Below, in pieces: positions 28,396-41,219 of a DNA stretch of 64,000 nt (the stretch's first letter is position 1; every line of letters begins with the position of its first letter). Origin of the DNA: an uncultured bacterium (GTDB lineage Bacteria > Patescibacteriota > Patescibacteriia > UBA9570 > XYC2-FULL-38-9); assembly GCA_937996685.1 (NCBI GenBank), contig CALKUP010000002.1, positions 113,066 through 177,065 of the forward strand, in the 5' to 3' direction. The notes below the pieces were generated by a model, which made no database searches, was not told the origin of the DNA, and saw only the letters and a program-made list of their open reading frames with translations. The position numbers and the translations under genes are program-made.

Positions 28396-29721
28396 ATGTT
28401 TCATCGATCAACCGTCGTGTTATTTCTTTTGCTGCTCGTGTGCGCTGTTTCAGTGTGGCGTCATCCAACTCCACGAGAGGTGAGCGCGGTGTATTTTCAT
28501 GATGCCGACAGAGTGCAGTTCGATGACGTGCGCGCTGTGGTTGTGCGCGAGCCAGATGTCTCTGAACACGACCAGCGGATCACAATTGCCGTTGATGGGC
28601 TTGGGGCGCAAGAAGAGTATTACGTGCGGATTACAACTGACGTCTATCCGTTTGTTCGCATTGGCGATGTGTTTGAGTTGTCGTGTGTTTTCAAGCGGCC
28701 GGAACCATTTGATGGTTTTGCATATGATGCCTATTTATTACGGTATCGAATTATCGCGGAATGCCGTCAACCGCAGATTCGTATTATCGGTAGAGAAGAA
28801 ACGATCCTCACGCACATCATTGATCAAAAGTTGTGGCTCATTGAACGATTGCAGCGCGATCTTCCATTGCCGGAAGCCGGTTTGTTGCTGGGGATTGTAT
28901 TCGGGGAAATGCGCGCGTTGCCTGATGAAATATTACAAGCCTTTCAAGTCACGGGCACATCCCATTTGTTGGTGATTTCTGGTTCAAATATTGTGCTCAT
29001 CACCGGCTGGATTCAAGCGTTCCTCCGGTGCTGTACAGCTGAACGCGGACGCATTCTGATTATTTTGGTTGCACTGACTGGATATACGGTAATGACCGGT
29101 GTGCAGCCATCTGCGACGCGCGCGGCAATTTTTGGCGGGATTATTTTGTGCAGCAATGCATTTGGTCGGCCGAATCAAGCGCTGCGTGGACTTGTGTACA
29201 CAGGGATTGTGATGGTCATTCTCAATCCGTTGATCTTGCTCTATGACGCCGGCTTTCAATTATCGTGGCTTGCAAGTTGCGGCATGATTGTTTGGAGTGA
29301 CCGGCTAACGAAAGCGCTGTCGTTTGTCCCCGAGCGTTTTGAATTACGCGCGGCTGCAAGCGCGACCCTCAGCGCGACGCTGATCACAACGCCGCTGTTG
29401 GTGGCGCAATTTCAAGTATTTTCTGTGATTGGATTTATTGCGAACCTCTTTTTGGTTCCACTTCTGTCTTCGTTTTTATTACTTGGCATTCTCTACACGG
29501 CGTGCGCTGTGGTGTTGCCGTGGCTCGCTGCGCTGGTGAGCGTGCCATTTCTTGTGGTGTTGCGTTACAGCGTGACCTTCGTGCTCTTTTTTTCGCACGT
29601 GCCGTATGCGCAAGTTCCGACGACTGTACCAGTCTCCAGCATGGTGATGTGCTATGCTGTACTCGGAATCTATATCTTGTACGTCATGCTCAAAAAACCT
29701 CAGTATCACTTTTATGAATAA
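28396..29721 (+). CDS. comEC: DNA internalisation competence protein ComEC/Rec2, membrane-channel part (DUF4131 plus competence domain)
   Basis: Conserved HLLVISGSNI and polytopic C-terminal region. The ORF track start at 28378 lies in a hairpin loop, so the ATG at 28396 is preferred. Confidence 0.75.
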   Translation: MFHRSTVVLFLLLLVCAVSVWRHPTPREVSAVYFHDADRVQFDDVRAVVVREPDVSEHDQRITIAVDGLGAQEEYYVRITTDVYPFVRIGDVFELSCVFKRPEPFDGFAYDAYLLRYRIIAECRQPQIRIIGREETILTHIIDQKLWLIERLQRDLPLPEAGLLLGIVFGEMRALPDEILQAFQVTGTSHLLVISGSNIVLITGWIQAFLRCCTAERGRILIILVALTGYTVMTGVQPSATRAAIFGGIILCSNAFGRPNQALRGLVYTGIVMVILNPLILLYDAGFQLSWLASCGMIVWSDRLTKALSFVPERFELRAAASATLSATLITTPLLVAQFQVFSVIGFIANLFLVPLLSSFLLLGILYTACAVVLPWLAALVSVPFLVVLRYSVTFVLFFSHVPYAQVPTTVPVSSMVMCYAVLGIYILYVMLKKPQYHFYE

Positions 29722-30631
29722 TACGAACGCAGAGCAGATTCGTGAAAAACGCAGCCGCCTCTTTTCATGGGTGATATTTTTCATATTACTCAGTGTGTCT
29801 GGTTTTGTTGCCTGGCAAGCAATGTCGACAATGCAGCAGCAATGGACACAAGACGGTGGGGTTCTGCGAGTGACGCAGCTCAATGTTGGTCAAGGCGATG
29901 GATTGCTTGTGCAAACCCCGCAAGGCAACGACATTCTTATTGACGCTGGTCGTGATCGTCGGATTCTGTCTGAAATCGGCACAGTGCTGCAGCCGTGGAA
30001 TACAACAATTGAATATGTGATCGCAACCCATGAAGACGCTGATCATATTGGTGGATTTCCGTTTATCGCACAGCAGTATCAGATCAATGAATGGATTGTG
30101 AGTGGTCGAACAAAAGAGACTACTGTCACAAAAGAATTGCATGCAGCGCAAGAGCGTGAAGGAGTGATGCATGTTGCGACAGCTGGAGAATCTATTGCGA
30201 TAGAAGATGGTGTTAGTCTTGAAATTCTCAGTCCAGATCAAGATGTGCCAGCCCATGAAGATATTAATGATGATTCAGTTGTGGCGATTTTGCACTACCA
30301 CGACTTTGCTCTTGCGCTCACCGGGGATGCTGGAATCACGTCTGAAAATGAGATCATGAAGCGTCACGAGCCAATTGATGTTGATATTCTGAAGGCCGGG
30401 CATCATGGTAGCAAGACCTCAACAAGTCCAGAGTTTTTGCAGTGGCTCGATCCGGAAATTGTGCTGATTTCCGCTGGGCAAGACAATGATTACGGGCATC
30501 CGCATTATCGAGTGCTGCACGATATTGAGCAATATGGCGCCTGGATATTCCGTACAGACAAAGATGGTCGAATTACATGTGAAACAGAGGGACTGCCAGG
30601 AGATGTTCAGTGTTCCAGGCAGTATGAATAA
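29714..30631 (+). CDS. ComEC C-terminal metallo-beta-lactamase domain encoded as a separate TM-anchored ORF
   Basis: HxHxDH-type motif ATHEDADHIGG, GHHGSKTS. N-terminal TM SWVIFFILLSVSGFVAW. Start ATGAATAA overlaps the comEC stop by 8 nt. Confidence 0.75.
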   Translation: MNNTNAEQIREKRSRLFSWVIFFILLSVSGFVAWQAMSTMQQQWTQDGGVLRVTQLNVGQGDGLLVQTPQGNDILIDAGRDRRILSEIGTVLQPWNTTIEYVIATHEDADHIGGFPFIAQQYQINEWIVSGRTKETTVTKELHAAQEREGVMHVATAGESIAIEDGVSLEILSPDQDVPAHEDINDDSVVAILHYHDFALALTGDAGITSENEIMKRHEPIDVDILKAGHHGSKTSTSPEFLQWLDPEIVLISAGQDNDYGHPHYRVLHDIEQYGAWIFRTDKDGRITCETEGLPGDVQCSRQYE

Positions 30632-30642
30632 TCAAATTTTTG

Positions 30643-30651
30643 TGGTATACT
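30643..30651 (+). promoter_or_regulatory. Extended -10 TGGTATACT; ndh ATG 6 nt downstream (leaderless)
   Basis: TGGTATACT 30643-30651. ATG 30658. The ORF track start at 30640 lies inside the -10. Confidence 0.5.
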
Positions 30652-30657
30652 GCTGAC

Positions 30658-31883
30658 ATGCAAGCAAAAAGACACCTTGTAATTGTTGGTGCTGGATTTG
30701 GAGGATTGTCCGCTGCTTTAACGTTCGCTGAGGCAATTGAAAAGGGGAAGCAGCCACAGTTTGATATTACGGTGATTGATAAAAACGATTACCAGCTCTA
30801 TACACCTGATTTATATGAAATTGCGGCAGGGAGTGCCACTATTCAAGATAGTGTAGAGTTGAAAAAAACTGTCTGCATTGACGTGAAGCTTGCCTTGGCG
30901 CAATATCACATTCGATTTTTGTCTGCGACGGTCAATGGGGTGAATCGAGCGCATAAGACGGTCGAAACCTCAAAAGGAGTAATTGGATACGATTATCTAT
31001 TGTTGTCGCCTGGGAGCATCGCATTTGATTACGGAATACCAGGAATTGCCGAGCATGCAGTGAATTTAAAAACAGCGCATGATGCATTGCAGATTCGTGA
31101 GTCAATTATGGAACGCGTGCAACACGGGCTACCAACACGGATTGCAGTGTGTGGAGCGGGTCCAGCTGGTTCGGAGCTTGCAGCCGAGCTGGCGTTTGTC
31201 TACGGTCGTGAAAGCGCTGGCTTGGTGTCAGTCGCATTAGTTGATGGCGGTGAGCGTGTTCTGGGTGCGATGTCACCGGCAGTGAGTCGTCGTGCTGAAA
31301 AGCGATTGCAAAAACTGAACGTCGAATTACACCATCGTTTTCGCATTGCCTCTGTTACCGCTGACTCTTTGACAAGTACAACGGGAGACACGCTAGCGGC
31401 AGATATTATTATTTGGACCGGCGGAGTGACGGCGAATCCGTTGATGCAGGCCCTTGGCCTTGAATTAAATACGCACGGACAATTGCCCGTGGCAGCGACA
31501 TTCCAATCAGCGGAAGATTCTGCGATTTTTGCAATTGGTGACAGCGCGCAAATTCCACTGCCGGGCACAGATGGTGTGTTTGCACCGCAGACAGCGTACG
31601 AGGCGGTGACACAAGGAGAAAAGGTGGCGTGGAATATCCTGTTGCATGATGCAGGCGGGCATTTACAAGCCTATCATTCCCGTTTTCCGGGATATGTTGT
31701 CGCGTTAGGAGGAAAATATGGTGTTGTTGCGTTGCCAAAAAATATCGTTTTATCGGGAAGAATTGGCTATCTTGCTCGAAAAATCATTGATTTTAACCAT
31801 TTCCGTAGCGTTCTGCCCTTTATGCAAGCCTGCGCTTTTTGGTATACTGGTATGCAGTTAATGAATAAGAATGATTCATCCGT

Positions 31884-31887
<4 letters not shown>
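30658..31887 (+). CDS. ndh: Type II NADH dehydrogenase / FAD-dependent pyridine nucleotide-disulfide oxidoreductase
   Basis: Two Rossmann GxGxxG motifs (VIVGAGFGG ; VCGAGPAGSE). Confidence 0.75.
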
Positions 31888-34396
<2,509 letters not shown>

Positions 34397-34420
34397 TGCA
34401 TTCATTGCTACACTCACTTC

Positions 34421-36046
34421 ATGGAATCTTCTACACCAACAACTGACTCCGCTATCCGTCGACCACTGGTATTACTCGTGCTTGATGGTTGGGGTATTGC
34501 GCCTCCGGGTCCCGGGAACGCGATTGTTACAGCGAAGACGCCGAATATGGATATGCTGGCAGAGCGGTACCCAACGGTTGCGCTGCATGCCTCTGGTGAG
34601 ATGGTTGGTTTGCCCCCGAACGAAATGGGGAATTCAGAGGTGGGTCATTTGAATATTGGCGCTGGCCGTATTCTATATCAAAGTTTGCCGCGGATTGATC
34701 GAGATGTGAGTTCCGGTCAATTTTTTCAGAACGAAACAATTCTCAAAGCTGTGCAAACAGCGAAAGAGCGCGGGAGTAAGATTCATTTACTCGGTCTTGC
34801 GAGTCACGGTGGTATCCATTCGTCGATTGCACATTTGTATGCGCTGCTTGAGTTGTGTAAACAGCAAGAGATGGGCGACAAGGTCTTTATTCACGCTGTT
34901 CTTGATGGTCGCGATACAGCGAAAAATGCTGGACTTGAAACCATTGCAGAACTCGAAACCAAATGCAATACCATCGGCGCAGGAAAAATCGCATCCCTTG
35001 CTGGGCGGTTTTGGGCAATGGATCGGGATAATCATTGGGAGCGCATTGAAGCAGCGTACAATGCAATGCGGCATGGTGTTGCAGACCAAAAAAATCACAG
35101 TCCGCTTGCGGCGATTGAGGAGTCGTACGGCAAGCAAGTGTTTGATGAAGAGTTTGTACCGACGGTCATTGTCAATGAACAAGGTGAGCCGACGACAACT
35201 GTTGATGATGGAGATGTGGTGATTTTTTTCAATTTTCGATCCGACAGAGCGCGGCAAATGACCAAAGCATTTGTGTTGCCAGGCTTTACAAAATTTGAAC
35301 GGGGATCAGCTTTTAATTCGTTGATTTTTGTGACAATGACTGAGTATGAAAAAAATATTCCAGTCCGTGTTGCGTATCAACAAGAGCAAGTAGAATATCC
35401 AATTGCGCGTGTGATTTCTGAGGCAGGCCTCACTCAGCTGCATGTTGCGGAAACAGAAAAATATGCGCACGTGACATTTTTTTTGAATGGTGGAGCCGAG
35501 GATCCGTTTTCTGGTGAAGAGCGGTCATTAGTCGCATCGCCGCGTGTTCAGTCATATGATCAATCTCCGGCAATGAGCGCAAAAGCGGTCAGTGATGCAG
35601 TTGTTGGTGGAGTTTCTGGAAAGAAGTTTGATTTTATTGTTGCGAATTTTGCAAACGCAGATATGATTGGGCACACTGGAAATCTTGCAGCGACCATTGC
35701 GGGCGTTGAAGTTGTTGATGCCTGTATTGGGGATATTGCAGCGGCTGTGGCAGCGGCCGATGGAACGCTAGTGATTACTGCAGATCACGGCAATGCAGAA
35801 GTGATGATTAATGCAAAAACAGGCGAGCCAGAAAAAGAGCACACAAAAAATGCTGTCCCGTGTATTATGGCATCTTCTGTCTTAGCAGCGCAGCGATCGT
35901 TGTGGCAACCGGTGACAAACGGTGATTTATCTCGCTTGCAACCAGTCGGGGTATTGTCTGATGTTGGGCCAACTGTGCTGACGTTACTTGGTGTTGCAAT
36001 TCCACAAGAAATGACTGGTCGGCCATTAATTCGCATGACGCAGTAA
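34421..36046 (+). CDS. gpmI: 2,3-bisphosphoglycerate-independent phosphoglycerate mutase
   Basis: About 541 aa. LLVLDGWG, SEVGHLNIGAGR, ITADHGN motifs. Confidence 0.9.
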   Translation: MESSTPTTDSAIRRPLVLLVLDGWGIAPPGPGNAIVTAKTPNMDMLAERYPTVALHASGEMVGLPPNEMGNSEVGHLNIGAGRILYQSLPRIDRDVSSGQFFQNETILKAVQTAKERGSKIHLLGLASHGGIHSSIAHLYALLELCKQQEMGDKVFIHAVLDGRDTAKNAGLETIAELETKCNTIGAGKIASLAGRFWAMDRDNHWERIEAAYNAMRHGVADQKNHSPLAAIEESYGKQVFDEEFVPTVIVNEQGEPTTTVDDGDVVIFFNFRSDRARQMTKAFVLPGFTKFERGSAFNSLIFVTMTEYEKNIPVRVAYQQEQVEYPIARVISEAGLTQLHVAETEKYAHVTFFLNGGAEDPFSGEERSLVASPRVQSYDQSPAMSAKAVSDAVVGGVSGKKFDFIVANFANADMIGHTGNLAATIAGVEVVDACIGDIAAAVAAADGTLVITADHGNAEVMINAKTGEPEKEHTKNAVPCIMASSVLAAQRSLWQPVTNGDLSRLQPVGVLSDVGPTVLTLLGVAIPQEMTGRPLIRMTQ

Positions 36047-36057
36047 TAAAATGATAT

Positions 36058-37068
36058 ATGATTAAAGCACTTCGTCGCTCAAAAAAACAACGATTTGATA
36101 TCGTGACTATTGGAAGTAGTTTGCGTGATACGTCTTTTTTTTCAAACGAGTTACAAGTCATTGATAATCCTATCAATGACGCAACGTGCAAACGACTCAT
36201 GGCAGTGGAGCACGGCGCAAAGATTCACAGTGACCATGTGCAAGTTGGATTTGGTGGTGGCGCCGGGAACACGGCAATGAATTTCGCGATACTTGATTTC
36301 AATGTTGGAATCATGAGTAGTATTGGAGCAGACGTTGATGGTCAAGCAATTATTGACCACTATCGAACCCAAGGTATTGATACGCGTTTTATTGAAGAGG
36401 TTGCTGGTGTGCGCACAGGTTTTTCCTTTATCACTGTTCATCCAAATAGTCATGATCGAACAATGTATGTCTATTACGGCGCGGCTCGAAAATTACAGGC
36501 ACCAAAAACAATATTTGAAAATTTTGAAACAGAGTGGTTTTATATCTCATCGTTAAATCATTCCACTTGGAAAAAAACTATCGAACATGCGATTGAAACG
36601 GGAGCGAGCGTTGCATGGAATCCAGGTTCTATGCAATTACAAGGATCTACAACCGCTTTAAAGCAGTTGATGAAACAGGTGCAAGTGCTTATTTTGAATA
36701 GTGATGAAGCAGCTGAGTTACTTGTGAAATGCGGATATGAAAATCGTGAATATTCATTAGAGGAACTGGTGAATGCTGTGTACGCATTCGGCTCAGGAAT
36801 TGTACTGATTACAGATGGGGCAAACGGATCTATTGTGCGTCGTGATGACGAAGTTATTTTTCAGCCCGCAACAGACAAGCTGCCGCTCGATACAAGTGGT
36901 GCCGGTGATTGCTTTGGCTCATCGTTTGTCACTGGTGTTATTCGATATGATGGCAATCTTGCAAAAAGCTTAGAGCTCGGGCAATATATCGCTGATCGTT
37001 TAATCGCAAAACCGGGCGCGCAAAATGGATTTGTTCCATGGGAAAAGTTGCCAAAAAAATTCCGATAA
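36058..37068 (+). CDS. PfkB-family carbohydrate or nucleoside kinase
   Basis: C-terminal DTSGAGDCF anion-hole motif, GG dipeptide near the N-terminus. Confidence 0.8.
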   Translation: MIKALRRSKKQRFDIVTIGSSLRDTSFFSNELQVIDNPINDATCKRLMAVEHGAKIHSDHVQVGFGGGAGNTAMNFAILDFNVGIMSSIGADVDGQAIIDHYRTQGIDTRFIEEVAGVRTGFSFITVHPNSHDRTMYVYYGAARKLQAPKTIFENFETEWFYISSLNHSTWKKTIEHAIETGASVAWNPGSMQLQGSTTALKQLMKQVQVLILNSDEAAELLVKCGYENREYSLEELVNAVYAFGSGIVLITDGANGSIVRRDDEVIFQPATDKLPLDTSGAGDCFGSSFVTGVIRYDGNLAKSLELGQYIADRLIAKPGAQNGFVPWEKLPKKFR

Positions 37069-37077
37069 CAAAAGATT

Positions 37078-37389
37078 ATGAAGATTCAATGGACAAAGCC
37101 ACTTGCAAAAAATGTTGGAGAAGTCTTGCGTGAAGCAGGGTATCATTATTTTGTTGACCCAAATACGCATAAAGGTAGTTTTGTGTTGCGTTTAAGCAAA
37201 CAATATTATCCGCGGTATCATGTCTATGTGAAAGAAGCGGACGGCGCAACAATTGTTGATTTACATATTGATCAAAAACACGCGTCATACGAAGGACAAA
37301 AAATGCATTCTGGTGAGTCAGATGGCCGGGTTGTTGAAGAAGAAATTGCGCGAATTGAACGCTGGCTTGAGCATTTTACGGTTATATAA
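37078..37389 (+). CDS. Small hypothetical protein (103 aa)
   Basis: Open frame with coding-like composition. No recognisable family. Confidence 0.35.
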   Translation: MKIQWTKPLAKNVGEVLREAGYHYFVDPNTHKGSFVLRLSKQYYPRYHVYVKEADGATIVDLHIDQKHASYEGQKMHSGESDGRVVEEEIARIERWLEHFTVI

Positions 37390-37435
37390 GGGTATTTTAT
37401 AGGGGTTTGCGAGAGTTGCGTTGCGATGGTTGTTT

Positions 37436-37444
37436 TGGTATACT
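37436..37444 (+). promoter_or_regulatory. Extended -10 TGGTATACT upstream of a NUDIX gene, with an approximately 60-nt leader
   Basis: TGGTATACT 37436-37444. Leader contains the ccaggatacctgg hairpin. Confidence 0.4.
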
Positions 37445-37509
37445 ATCTGTAGTCTTGAGTGCAAAAAGTCACTCATTAAATTCCATAACCAGGATACCTG
37501 GTCAGCTAC

Positions 37510-38046
37510 ATGACATTTTTTTGTATGCATACAAAAAGCCATCCACAACAAAAAGTCCATAAACGGTTTCAAAAACACGTGTTTGGCGCTGTTCGTGATG
37601 CAAAAAATGATACTCCTCAACCAGATGAACCGCGCCGCACTTCGCGTACTTCAAAATCCGTTGGTGCAATTGTCTTGAATCAAAAATTGCAAGTGTTGCT
37701 TATTTTTCAACAACAAAATAAATATTGGGAATTTCCAAAAGGGAAAATGGAAGCCGGAGAAGATGAAGTTGCGACATTGAAACGCGAAATCAACGAAGAG
37801 ACAGGAATTCGGAAATTTCGTTTGGTGCATAATTTTCGGAAATTAATGTATTACACATTTCGATTTGAAGGCTCAACGATTCGTCGGAGTGTTGTGTATT
37901 ACTTGATTCAAACTGGTGATCCAATTCAGTTGTCAGATGAGCATTCTCAATATATGTGGCTCTCATTTGATGCAGCAAAGAAAAAGCTCAAACATAAAAA
38001 TCAAATTAAATTGCTCGATCAGGTAACAGAATTGATTTATGGGTAA
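37510..38046 (+). CDS. NUDIX hydrolase with a basic N-terminal extension
   Basis: Nudix box GKMEAGEDEVATLKREINEETGI. Start is ambiguous between 37510 and 37525. Confidence 0.7.
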   Translation: MTFFCMHTKSHPQQKVHKRFQKHVFGAVRDAKNDTPQPDEPRRTSRTSKSVGAIVLNQKLQVLLIFQQQNKYWEFPKGKMEAGEDEVATLKREINEETGIRKFRLVHNFRKLMYYTFRFEGSTIRRSVVYYLIQTGDPIQLSDEHSQYMWLSFDAAKKKLKHKNQIKLLDQVTELIYG

Positions 38047-39742
38047 ATTGTTTCAATGGCAGGTTGCGGAAAAGATTAGTGAAGCGGAATTGTTGCGTTT
38101 CCCAGAATTTTCTGAGCTTGTGATTCAACTGCTTGCGAATCGTGGAATCACAGAAACAGCGGACATCGAATCATTTTTGCAACCAGATTATTTTCAAGAT
38201 CAACACGATCCTTTTTTGTTTCGTGATATGCGCGTTGCCGTTGATCGCATTAATCAGGCACTGAAGAATAAAGAAAAAATTACTATTCATGGTGATTATG
38301 ATGCGGATGGTGTGTGTGCATCTGCGGTGCTCTACAAAACCTTAATCGCGCTTCATGCTGATGTTGATTATTACTTACCGCATCGTGACACTGAGGGCTA
38401 TGGCTTGAACATGAACACAGTGGCAAAATTGAAAGCCGCTGGAACGCAATTAATCATTACGGTTGATTGTGGGATTTCCAATAAGCCAGAAGTTCAAGCA
38501 GCGGTTGATGCTGGAATGGAAGTGATTGTAACGGATCATCACAGTGAACCGCCGGAATTGCCAGATGCAGCGCTCGCTGTCTTGAATCCAAAAATTGCTG
38601 CAGAGCCATATCCATTTAAATATCTTGCGGGTGTTGGAGTGTCCTTTAAGCTCTGTCAGGCATTGATTCGTGAGCATGGTTTAGGCGAAGCATTTGAAAA
38701 ATGGCTCCTTGACTTAGTCGCGATTAGTACAGTGACAGATTTTGTGGAACTGGTTGGTGAAAACCGCGTCTTTTTGAAATACGGTTTAGTGGTGCTACAA
38801 AAAAATCAACGCCCTGGTTTGCGCGAACTGTTTGCGGTGATGGGCAAGGAAGCGAAAGATGCGACAGCTGAGACTATTGGGTTTCATATCGGTCCGCACA
38901 TTAATGCAGCAGGTCGCGTTAATCATGCCAATCAAGCACTGGAGCTTGTATTAGAAGAAAACCGAGACAATGCACAAGTGATGGCAAAGCAACTTGCAGC
39001 AACAAATAAAGAGCGGCAAGTGCAAAGTGGTAAAATGAGCAAAGAGGCGCTCGAGCAAGCCTTGTTGCAAACCAATGAAACCGTTATTATCGTTGAAGGG
39101 GATGAATGGCCGGTTGGATTAGTCGGACTTGTAGCAGGAAAAGTTGCATCTGAATATAACCGACCGACGTTTGTGATTACGACTATGGGCGACGAAATTG
39201 TTGGGAGTGGTCGTTCAATCCCGCAGTTCCATCTTGTTGAAGCGTTGCAATCCATGGATGAAGTGTTTACAAAATACGGCGGACATCCAGGAGCGTGTGG
39301 TTTTTCATTGAAAGACCGCGAAGCCTTGGAAGAGTTCAAGGTGCGCATGCGTGCTCGTGGAAACGAGTTGCTTGCTGGCAAGGATTTACGAAAGATTGTG
39401 AAAGCTGAAAAAGAAATCACACTTGGTGAAGCAGATTGGAATCTGGTTTCAACCGTTGAACAATTTGCTCCGTATGGTCAAAGCAATCCCGAGCCAATTT
39501 TTGTCTCTCGCGGTGTGCGTATTGAAAAAATTGATTGCGTTGGGAAAACCCAAGCGCATTTACGGATGCGTGTTTCGCAAGACGGTGTTGTGCGTCCATG
39601 CATTGGATTTTCTCTCGGTGAGTTGTGTGAAGAATTTCCAGCTGGAAGCATGGTGAATATTGCCTACACCATTTCAGTGAATGAATGGAACGGTAACAAA
39701 GATATTCAATTTCAGTTAATTGATATTGAAGCAGTAGAATAA
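38039..39742 (+). CDS. recJ: Single-stranded-DNA-specific exonuclease RecJ
   Basis: DHH motifs (HGDYDADG, DHH at VTDHH), DHHA1 and C-terminal OB region. 567 aa. Confidence 0.9.
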   Translation: MGKLFQWQVAEKISEAELLRFPEFSELVIQLLANRGITETADIESFLQPDYFQDQHDPFLFRDMRVAVDRINQALKNKEKITIHGDYDADGVCASAVLYKTLIALHADVDYYLPHRDTEGYGLNMNTVAKLKAAGTQLIITVDCGISNKPEVQAAVDAGMEVIVTDHHSEPPELPDAALAVLNPKIAAEPYPFKYLAGVGVSFKLCQALIREHGLGEAFEKWLLDLVAISTVTDFVELVGENRVFLKYGLVVLQKNQRPGLRELFAVMGKEAKDATAETIGFHIGPHINAAGRVNHANQALELVLEENRDNAQVMAKQLAATNKERQVQSGKMSKEALEQALLQTNETVIIVEGDEWPVGLVGLVAGKVASEYNRPTFVITTMGDEIVGSGRSIPQFHLVEALQSMDEVFTKYGGHPGACGFSLKDREALEEFKVRMRARGNELLAGKDLRKIVKAEKEITLGEADWNLVSTVEQFAPYGQSNPEPIFVSRGVRIEKIDCVGKTQAHLRMRVSQDGVVRPCIGFSLGELCEEFPAGSMVNIAYTISVNEWNGNKDIQFQLIDIEAVE

Positions 39743-39748
39743 CGATAT

Positions 39749-40168
39749 ATGAATGAAACACTGACATTATTTACCGATGGTGGATCACGCGGAAATCCAG
39801 GGCCTTCAGCGCTCGGGGCCGTGTTGTTTGATCAACATGGTAACGTTGTAAAAGAAATCAGCGAATACCTCGGAGTCACCACAAACAATCAAGCAGAGTA
39901 TCGCGCGGTTGTTGCTGGACTCAAGGCTGCGAAAGAGCTTGGCGCAACGCGGGTTGATTGCAAAATGGACAGCTTGCTGGTTGTCAAACAAATGAATCGT
40001 GAATGGAAGGTGAAAGATGTAAATATCGCGCCACTGGTTGTTGAATTGCATAATCTTGGAGTTGCAATTGGAACAGTGACATACACACACGTACGCCGAG
40101 AATATAATAAACACGCCGATGCACTCGTTAATAAAGCCCTGGATGCGCAGGCAGGTGTGACACGATAA
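39749..40168 (+). CDS. rnhA: Ribonuclease HI
   Basis: LFTDGGSRGNPG, NQAEYRA, DS..VV.Q, HADALVN catalytic DEDD/H pattern. Confidence 0.85.
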   Translation: MNETLTLFTDGGSRGNPGPSALGAVLFDQHGNVVKEISEYLGVTTNNQAEYRAVVAGLKAAKELGATRVDCKMDSLLVVKQMNREWKVKDVNIAPLVVELHNLGVAIGTVTYTHVRREYNKHADALVNKALDAQAGVTR

Positions 40169-40181
40169 AAACGCTCTGTTA

Positions 40182-41197
40182 TTATCGTTGTAAAAAGGTG
40201 TCGGCTTCGTAGAGGTCGATGCTGTTTTTTGTTGCCGTTGCGGTTGGGTCTTGCGTGTTGGTTGTGACAATTGTACGACCGTTGTTTCGAATGTGATCAA
40301 TAAAGATATTTTGTGCGCTCAGGAGTGTCCAGGTTTGTCTGCGGTCTCGTGAGTCGTATTCAACAGCATAGAGACCCGCGTTTGTTGTGTAGTAAAAATA
40401 TTGTCCAGAGCTATGTGCTCCAACACTTGTAATTGGCGTGCCAACTCGCGCGATAAGGTCCATGTTTTTTGGATCTAATTGGTAGAGCCAGAGATCTGTG
40501 CCGCTGGCGTAGAGCAAGGTGTTTTTATCAATCCAGGTTGCGTCTGTAATTGCGCCATCAATAATTGTTGTGTAATCAGTGTCGTTGATGTCTTTCAAAA
40601 CATATGTGCGAGCAGCTTTTGGATCAACAAGTAACAACTTCGGACCGCCGGTGATTACTTGTAGTTGTTCGATGTTCGAAAATCCCTGTTCGGATAAAAT
40701 GCGCTCCGCATTCGCAAGCTTGCTCGCGGCTTCTGTGACAGTATCAATTTTTGTAATTTCTAAAGAGTTTTCCAAAAGAGATCGTGTTTCAACAAACGGT
40801 TTTTGTGTGAGCTCAGAATAAAACAATACAATGTCAGGAAAGACAATGGATTTTCCAGGAGTAATAGTGGTTTGTTTTTCCCAGGTGTGATATCCCGGTT
40901 TTGATACAGTAATGCGATATGCTCCCGCGCTTGCAGTTTTAATATATGGCGTTGTTTCGGCTTGAACTTCACTATTGAGTGACACTGTCGCATTTTTTGG
41001 TGTAGAGATCAAAGAAATTGCAGCAGTGCGAGTCAGTGAGCGTGTTTCTTTGTTGTATCGATAGCCAGCAGAATAGACACCAACAAATAAGAGTGCTGGA
41101 ATTGCAATGACAATAAAGACCCAGAAAATAATCGGTTGCTTGCGTTGCACGGTGTATCCGCGTTGCTCTGGTTTGTCGCTTGATTGACTGGTCATAG
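40182..41197 (-). CDS. PEGA-domain membrane-anchored protein with a beta-rich C-terminal domain
   Basis: TM helix then a PEGA-like segment (ATVSLNSE...PGYHTWE). The ORF track start at 41249 overlaps murA, so the ATG at 41197 is preferred. Confidence 0.55.
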
Positions 41198-41219
41198 GCT
41201 TTCGAATATAGTTAGAGTC

